DNA from: Candidatus Poribacteria bacterium
Lineage (GTDB): Bacteria; Poribacteria; WGA-4E; PCPOR2b
DNA length: 64,000 bases
NCBI GenBank assembly: GCA_965218095.1
Contig: OZ244587.1
Coordinates: 96,001 to 160,000, forward strand
Reading direction: 5' to 3'
Both the position numbers and the translations under genes were made by a program. Below, one piece after another: positions 58,347 to 64,000 of this stretch. The first letter of the stretch is position 1. Every line of letters starts with the position of its first letter. The notes under the pieces were generated by a model. The model saw only the letters and a program-made list of their open reading frames with translations, was not told where the DNA came from and did not search any database.

Positions 58347-60755
58347 TCACCGACGTGGTAGTCTTTCAATCATATCGACCAAAGTCCCAATATTTTCATT
58401 GAGTGCTTCAACGCTGCCCGCCAGTGCTGTTGATGCTTGAGTTAACTGAACGGAGAAGTCCCTAAGATACGTATTGATAGATTCGCGAGTAGTTGTGGCA
58501 TACTCATCCAATCCCTCCTCAATCTGCTCAAAAATACTCCGCAACCCGTTGTCAATCGTTTGAAAGCGTCGCGTGAAATTGTCAAGCAACTGTTGTGATT
58601 CCTCAAGTGTGGCTTGAATTTGTCTCGTTGTTTCACGATTCGCTGTGAGGTATCTTTCGTTTTCTTGATTAAACGCATTGCTCGCCTGTGTTAGTTGTTG
58701 CCCAGCACTTTCAAGTTGCGTTGCACTTGTCGTCAATTGTCCTGATAACGCCCTAGTTGTCTCGATTAGTTGACGGACGCCTTCTACGCTTGTATTCATC
58801 TGTTCCAATATTTCTCTACTTCTTGTCAGCGTTGCCTGTGAGTTTGTTATCTGTGCGTTGAAGGCTTCGATCTGATCGCCCTGTTGCTGTAAGAGTATGT
58901 TGATACTCTCTTCGGCACCTTGAACGCTTTCATCGAGTCGGATGGCAGCCCGATTAACAAGTTGTTGCATGCGATCTGTTGCTTCAGCAGAGGCTTGCGC
59001 TGTTTGCGAAGTGATTGCGCTGATTGTTTGTTGCTGTTGATTGAGTGTCGAAGTGATTGATTGTCCTAATTCGGCAATCGCTGTTTGAAGTGTTTGAATA
59101 CTCTGATTAGAAACTGTTTCTATATCCGCCATCCGTTGTTCCAACTGCTCGTCTGTCCGATTTGCCACTGACTCTAGCAATTCACGCATCCGATTTGTCA
59201 TTGCCTCAGACTCTGTGGCAGTCTGTGAAGCAGTAGAAGTGATTGATTGTTGCAATTCGGCAATTGCTGTTTGAAGTGTTTGAATACTCTGATTAGAAAC
59301 TGTCTCGATATCCGCCATTCGCTGGGCCAACTGGTCGTCTGTCCGATTTGCCGCTGATTCTAATAGTTCACGCATCCGATTCGTCATTGCCTCGGATTCT
59401 GTGGCGTTCTGTGAAGCGGTAGAAGTGATTGACTGTTGCAATTCGGCAATTGTACTTTGGAGCATTTGAATACTCTGATTTGTTGTCTCAGACAGACCCA
59501 ACTGCTGTGTCTCAATAGTACGCTGAAATGCGTTGAGCACTCCGTCCATCATGCTTCTCATTTGCTCTGTCTGTGTTTCGGCGTTTTCTGCCAACAATTG
59601 ACGAGTCTGATCAATCTGCTCCTGTACACCTCCTATCATTTGTTCCATCTGACCGGGTAAGCTCATCAGACTTTGACTCGCATTGCCAACCGTTCTTGCA
59701 AGTTCTTCCATTTGTGCTGTTGCTGTCCCTGAAAGCGACCTTTGGAATTCCTCAACTAACTGTTCGATAGCCTCTATGGAAGATTGACCTTTGTGCTCAA
59801 GCAGTTTTTCAACGGCAGTGTTCAAACGAGTAAGACTCGGTTCCAATGCATTGCTGAAGTCTTTGGGGGCGTTGCGGAGTCCCTGAATAATCTCTTGTCT
59901 TTCCCCCATATTCTGTTTGTGCCACCCCGTTAGACTGTCATGCAAATTGTCCAATCGCTTGGACATAATGTCACCCATGTCTTTTTTTATCCGGTCCGCT
60001 AGGTCTGTCGAAAATGATTTAAGTGCCGCTGTCTGTTGCTCAAGTTCGTCTTTTTGTTTCTCTGCGATCTCTGCTTGCGTTTTCAGTGTAAACGGTAGAT
60101 CGAGCGCGCGTTGTAAGTCCGCAATTACCCGACTTACCCTGCCGATGCCCCACTTCTCCAATCCATTGAACAAGAGCGAAGCGAGCATTCCCCAAACGGA
60201 GGTCACAAATGCCGTTGATACCCCCGATAGGAGTTCTCTGATTGCACTCTGAATTTGCTCTGTCTGTGTAAAGTCAATGCCAGAAAAGGGAATCAACCCC
60301 CAAACCAACCCGACAAAGGTACCAAGGATCCCCAACCCGACTAACAAAGCAGACACACTATTCCAAAAGCGAAGGTTTAAATGTTGTTCCAACAAACGTT
60401 CTTCGCTGAAGAAAAGCGATGCTTCGTCCGTTTTGTACACCACTTTACGACGCTCGGGTGTAATGAGTGACTCCTTAAACTCCTGCCACGCCTTCTTAAA
60501 AAATTCATCGTTGCGCTCAAACGTCTCCTCTAAGTCGTTCAGAATATTCGGATCCGCAGGTCTGCCGTATTTGTCACCCAAATTATCCACTTCCTTGGTT
60601 AAATCACCAATTAAGCGAGTTCGGCGAATGGTTTTCCAGAGGAAAATCCCCAAAAGAATGATGAAGAATAGAAGGATGCCGTAAACAAAAAAGTCCGAAA
60701 TCTGGTCATTGGTAGCCTCCCGCCATGGGAGTAGTAGCTTAAGAAATTCGTTCAT
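58347..60755 (-). CDS. zorA: Zorya protein ZorA (MotA-like membrane domain with long helical tail)
   Basis: Three TMs (LVGLGILGTFVGL, GVSTAFVTSVWG) followed by a ~600-aa coiled tail. Confidence 0.92.
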   Translation of the reverse strand: MNEFLKLLLPWREATNDQISDFFVYGILLFFIILLGIFLWKTIRRTRLIGDLTKEVDNLGDKYGRPADPNILNDLEETFERNDEFFKKAWQEFKESLITPERRKVVYKTDEASLFFSEERLLEQHLNLRFWNSVSALLVGLGILGTFVGLVWGLIPFSGIDFTQTEQIQSAIRELLSGVSTAFVTSVWGMLASLLFNGLEKWGIGRVSRVIADLQRALDLPFTLKTQAEIAEKQKDELEQQTAALKSFSTDLADRIKKDMGDIMSKRLDNLHDSLTGWHKQNMGERQEIIQGLRNAPKDFSNALEPSLTRLNTAVEKLLEHKGQSSIEAIEQLVEEFQRSLSGTATAQMEELARTVGNASQSLMSLPGQMEQMIGGVQEQIDQTRQLLAENAETQTEQMRSMMDGVLNAFQRTIETQQLGLSETTNQSIQMLQSTIAELQQSITSTASQNATESEAMTNRMRELLESAANRTDDQLAQRMADIETVSNQSIQTLQTAIAELQQSITSTASQTATESEAMTNRMRELLESVANRTDEQLEQRMADIETVSNQSIQTLQTAIAELGQSITSTLNQQQQTISAITSQTAQASAEATDRMQQLVNRAAIRLDESVQGAEESINILLQQQGDQIEAFNAQITNSQATLTRSREILEQMNTSVEGVRQLIETTRALSGQLTTSATQLESAGQQLTQASNAFNQENERYLTANRETTRQIQATLEESQQLLDNFTRRFQTIDNGLRSIFEQIEEGLDEYATTTRESINTYLRDFSVQLTQASTALAGSVEALNENIGTLVDMIERLPRR
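59045..59480 (-). repeat. 186-bp (62-aa) tandem repeat inside zorA, about 2.3 copies
   Basis: TGAATACTCTGATT recurs at 59095, 59281 and 59467. Confidence 0.92.
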
Positions 60756-60928
60756 ATAAGTTGCCTGATTGGAGGTTTTTGGGTATTTCCCGGTTATCTA
60801 AAATTTCAAGCCTGCACAGTGATTGTGTTTGCGTCAAAGTAGAGAGAAGGGCTCACGCCTCTTCCTTGAGTTACTTGGCAAACCCCAGCAGACAGGTTTA
60901 GGCCCCTCGCTTACGCTTGGAGAGTCCA

Positions 60929-61807
60929 TCAATTTCTTATGATTCCAACTTCGATAGCGGTGTCAAGGATAGGCTTGTACATAGAATTATCAGCAGGGAT
61001 GAAGCGAGTCCTAGGAAAAGCGGTAAGTACGGCTGAGTCCGTGATGCCGATAAGGGCTTGCTGAACCTTCTTGATGAACCCTTCACCGTAAGTTTCTTCC
61101 ACACTTCCACGAATTGTCCAGTTGTAGTCTGGGTATGGGGGCGTGCGCCAGATTACCTGCACCTTTTTTGGATCCACTCTGCCAGCCTCAACTTCCTTTT
61201 GCCAAACTTTGAAATTCATCGCCCCGACCTCATAGCTGCCGGTTTGAACCAGAGCTAGGGTCTTGGAATGGTCGCCACTGAAGCCGACACGTTTGAAAAC
61301 CTCACGAGGCGCCATCCCAAATGCCTGTCGGATAAAATACTCGGGCATTAGGCGTCCTGAAGTCGAGCCCTTGGAGCCGAAAGTGAATGTCCTGTCAACG
61401 ATGGCTTTCGGAAATTCTTCAGAAAACGACAATCCTGTACTCGTATTAGCGATGAAATAGGTGATGAAGTCGGGATCTTCCGCACCTTGCGCGATAGCGA
61501 CTGACTCCGGAACGGCGATCCGGGCTTGAACGCCTGACAACCCACCAAACCAGGCCAGTTGAACTTCGTTGTTCTTGAACGCCTGAACCGAGGCGCTGTA
61601 GGATTTCACAGGTATGTACTTCACCGTGATGCCCAATTTCTCCGAAAGGTAATCGGCTATCCTGCCGAAACGCTCCTGCAGTCGAGTGGTATCCTGGTCC
61701 GGAATGGCGGTGAAAGTCAAATCAGCGCTCCACGCCGTGAAAGCGCAGAGGGCAGTGATTAGCACCAGCGTCCCCAATTTTTGACATGTTTTGAAAACAG
61801 GTTTCAT
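60929..61807 (-). CDS. PhnD-like substrate-binding protein, putative selenate ABC transporter family
   Basis: FTAIPDQD, QLAWFGGLSGVQAR, FTFGSKGSTSGRLMP, FSGDH and TPPYPDYNW motifs as recalled for the TIGR04553 family. Confidence 0.82.
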   Translation of the reverse strand: MKPVFKTCQKLGTLVLITALCAFTAWSADLTFTAIPDQDTTRLQERFGRIADYLSEKLGITVKYIPVKSYSASVQAFKNNEVQLAWFGGLSGVQARIAVPESVAIAQGAEDPDFITYFIANTSTGLSFSEEFPKAIVDRTFTFGSKGSTSGRLMPEYFIRQAFGMAPREVFKRVGFSGDHSKTLALVQTGSYEVGAMNFKVWQKEVEAGRVDPKKVQVIWRTPPYPDYNWTIRGSVEETYGEGFIKKVQQALIGITDSAVLTAFPRTRFIPADNSMYKPILDTAIEVGIIRN

Positions 61808-61847
61808 CTAGCGATCCTTCCTGATATTAAGAATTTGGTGAAAGATC

Positions 61848-61883
61848 AGTCGTCCGCAAAACCGCTCATTTGCGGACGGCTGA
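61848..61883. other. intercistronic stem-loop
   Basis: CAGTCGTCCGCAAA-N8-TTTGCGGACGGCTG between the porin and SBP genes; no U-tract. Confidence 0.6.
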
Positions 61884-61886
61884 AGA

Positions 61887-63131
61887 TTAGAACTTGTAAG
61901 CAGCATAAAACCTGACTCGGTCACTCTTACCGTCGTCGAAACCCTTGTATTCTGTTGTCCAATTGAGGTACTCCAGGTTGATTACCACAGGACCGAAGCT
62001 CGACTGTTGTACGATGAAAAAGACACGGTTCAGACTTCGACCGCCGTTGTTAAGATCGTCTTCGTCAGGGTCATCGATCGACGCACCCACGTATATGACA
62101 TTCTTGTAATTCTTCTTCTTAACGACGGTAAAGCTCAGTTGAGCGAAGCCGCCCTTTGCGTTAATTTCTGCGTTGGTTTTAGGATTGATGCCCTGAAAGA
62201 TACCTCCCCGAACATCACTCAGATTTTTGCCTCTCCAACCTTCGCCACTTAACACGAGGCGGTCTTGGTAAATCGGTAGTTTGATATCAACGCCAACGAC
62301 ATTGCTCTGGAATTCCTCTTTGCCGGTGCCGGTAAGTGGTGGGTCTACTTCCTCCCATGCTTGGTGGCCCCATGCGCCAACTTCAAGGGGATAGGACTTT
62401 CCCTCATCCGTATTCCAGACTGGTATTCGATAGCCGACACGTCCCTGTAACGTTGGACGCCCGGAAACTTCCCCGTCAGGCACACCGTTTCCATCAAGGT
62501 CTTTCCGATCGATGGCGCTAGTCAACCCAGCTGCTCCCTGTAGAAACAGCCGTGTTTTACCAATGGGCAGGGCATACTGTAAGCGGGCTTGAGGTCTTCG
62601 GTCTGCCAAATTACCGGCGCCCCATAATATCATGTCGTCATTAGCAATTGGGAAGAGCGGCGATATCAGGTCAATTGTCTGCCCGCCAAGCACAGAAAAA
62701 TTTCCCCACTGAAGCTTCAACCAGGCGTGGCGCATACGAAACATGTTACGCGAATCAGATGCTGGCCCATAGAAATCAACCTCCATGCGCCCGGTGAGTT
62801 TTGGCGAGCCCATCGCCTCGACCTTTCCACCTTGCAGGTTAAAACCGAAGCGAGTCATCCGGGTATAGAGGGTGAATTCGCTCTGGTTTTCCGGAGCCGC
62901 TTTCACGCCTTCGGCTGCAAGCGCCTTGGGGTCCTCAGAGAGGACGTAAGCGGGGATCTGCGTGTCACTCATCCGTGAGGTATCGTAGGCGGCATCCATA
63001 CGTAGAAATCCGTAAAATTGAATATCTGATCCTTTCTGCGTCTGATCAGCAAATACAACTGTGGAACCTATCAACCATGCGACAACTGTAATAAGACTCA
63101 GATTTCGCTGGAAGTTTGTTCTCATTATCAT
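61887..63131 (-). CDS. DcaP-like outer-membrane porin
   Basis: Signal peptide; FYGFLRMDAAYD, TRFG, MEVDF and RMRHAW...GQT motifs; terminal YKF. Confidence 0.82.
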   Translation of the reverse strand: MIMRTNFQRNLSLITVVAWLIGSTVVFADQTQKGSDIQFYGFLRMDAAYDTSRMSDTQIPAYVLSEDPKALAAEGVKAAPENQSEFTLYTRMTRFGFNLQGGKVEAMGSPKLTGRMEVDFYGPASDSRNMFRMRHAWLKLQWGNFSVLGGQTIDLISPLFPIANDDMILWGAGNLADRRPQARLQYALPIGKTRLFLQGAAGLTSAIDRKDLDGNGVPDGEVSGRPTLQGRVGYRIPVWNTDEGKSYPLEVGAWGHQAWEEVDPPLTGTGKEEFQSNVVGVDIKLPIYQDRLVLSGEGWRGKNLSDVRGGIFQGINPKTNAEINAKGGFAQLSFTVVKKKNYKNVIYVGASIDDPDEDDLNNGGRSLNRVFFIVQQSSFGPVVINLEYLNWTTEYKGFDDGKSDRVRFYAAYKF

Positions 63132-63179
63132 CCCCTTTCAGATGTTCAAAAGTGACGACTGATCTGCGGGATAAATTTC

Positions 63180-63323
63180 TGGACAGTTCAAGTAGAGCCC
63201 CGATAAATCGGGGCTCCGATCCATCAGAGCTCTGTCCAATTCTCGGACGAGCACTGTATATGCCTGCATCCTGCGAAGCGGGGCTCTACATCTCTGTTCT
63301 TCGTTTGATCCTAAAACTGTCCA
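63180..63323. mobile_element. MITE/REP-like element upstream of the porin
   Basis: Outer IR TGGACAGTT/AACTGTCCA and inner IR GTAGAGCCCCG (63192-202) / CGGGGCTCTAC (63279-89). Confidence 0.55.
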
Positions 63324-63789
63324 AGAACTTCTGCCTTGAAGCACTACCCGCCACAAAAGTAGAAAATTGTGACGCCATAGAATAATTTTATCGTAACGAT
63401 AAGTTTATTTTATCAAAATTGCTTTACGAAGTCAACAACTAATGATGATATTCGGATTGATTGGGAGGGAGAAGGTGGGAAAGTCGTGTGGCGCTTTGGT
63501 CCAGGCTCGGGCGCTGCTGGAGAAAGGAGACAGGGGAGAGAGCAAGATTTCCCCTGTCTCGTCGGCATGACTTCTGCCAATAAAACCTTTGTCACTGGCA
63601 AGAACGTAACCGCTGTGGTAAACATAATAATTCAGAACGAGTTACAATTTCCAGCAGTTTGGCGCACAGAATCTTGATAAATGTCAGAGGTAAGGATTTT
63701 TCATTATTTTGCCTTTCTATAGTATATCGGAAAACCATGACCCAGCATTCTTCAGGATTGTGCCCCTGCCAGCCACCTTTCTGGATCGA

Positions 63790-63960
63790 TGACTTAATCT
63801 CAATGCCCTCCAAATCCGGGAATCTTTTCCACAGTCCATGAATGAACAGTTTCTTGCTAAACTTGGATAGCTCGAATGCTTTCATCAGCCGTTGTTCTGG
63901 CGACATTTGCCGAAGCACTTGAATATATTTCTTATGATTTGGGTGTTCTTTGATGTCTAT
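63790..63960 (-). pseudogene. small antitoxin-like protein relic
   Basis: YIQVLRQMSPEQRLMKAFELS...GLWKRFPD with an ATA in the apparent start position; the C-terminus runs into unrelated sequence. Confidence 0.4.
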
Positions 63961-64000
63961 ATCCCTTCACCACCTTGATTATCTCTGTGGAGTGCCTTCA

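Noticed and set aside
46336-60928. Integrase-mobilised genomic island or prophage
   Set aside because: No integrase, tRNA, att-like direct repeats or phage genes were seen. It contains host-type relics (MetE, BMP), so it looks like an accreted hotspot.
1-64000. tRNA (including tRNA-Sec), rRNA, tmRNA or RNase P genes
   Set aside because: No cloverleaf with T-loop/CCA or other hallmark motif was recognised by eye; a tRNAscan/Infernal run is needed to be certain.

Overview
Bacterial genomic window, most likely Candidatus Poribacteria. This is an inference from the WD40 protein opening with QDYTQWGLPEGAKARIGKG, the AVxPxGxLxTxWGxxK tails and the QNYPNPFN C-terminal domain. The left two-thirds holds housekeeping and metabolic genes (S8 protease, pspA-yjfI, GT9/GT4, dtd, nucleoside hydrolase, dapA, EF-G2) mixed with many pseudogenes, several MITE families and IS relics. 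The right third holds a porin + PhnD-like (putative selenate) ABC operon, split by a ~14.6 kb block carrying a complete type I Zorya system, a DUF433/PIN TA pair, DUF4268, an orphan hsdS and a DNA MTase. Main points missed by the ORF track: (1) two UGA-interrupted genes that look like selenoproteins, a UGSC-family protein (34633-35199) and an apparently new signal-peptide/CxxU outer-membrane beta-barrel (42308-43360). Both have a hairpin with a GUN loop at exactly +20 after the UGA. The barrel gene sits directly behind a Cys-rich RAPP-motif (DUF2946/CruR-like) leader gene and downstream of the putative selenate transporter genes. (2) A heptamer repeat where loss of one unit would fuse YkgJ and DUF2156 in frame. 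(3) Three promoter-driven structured non-coding RNA candidates. All family assignments come from motif recognition, not database searches.
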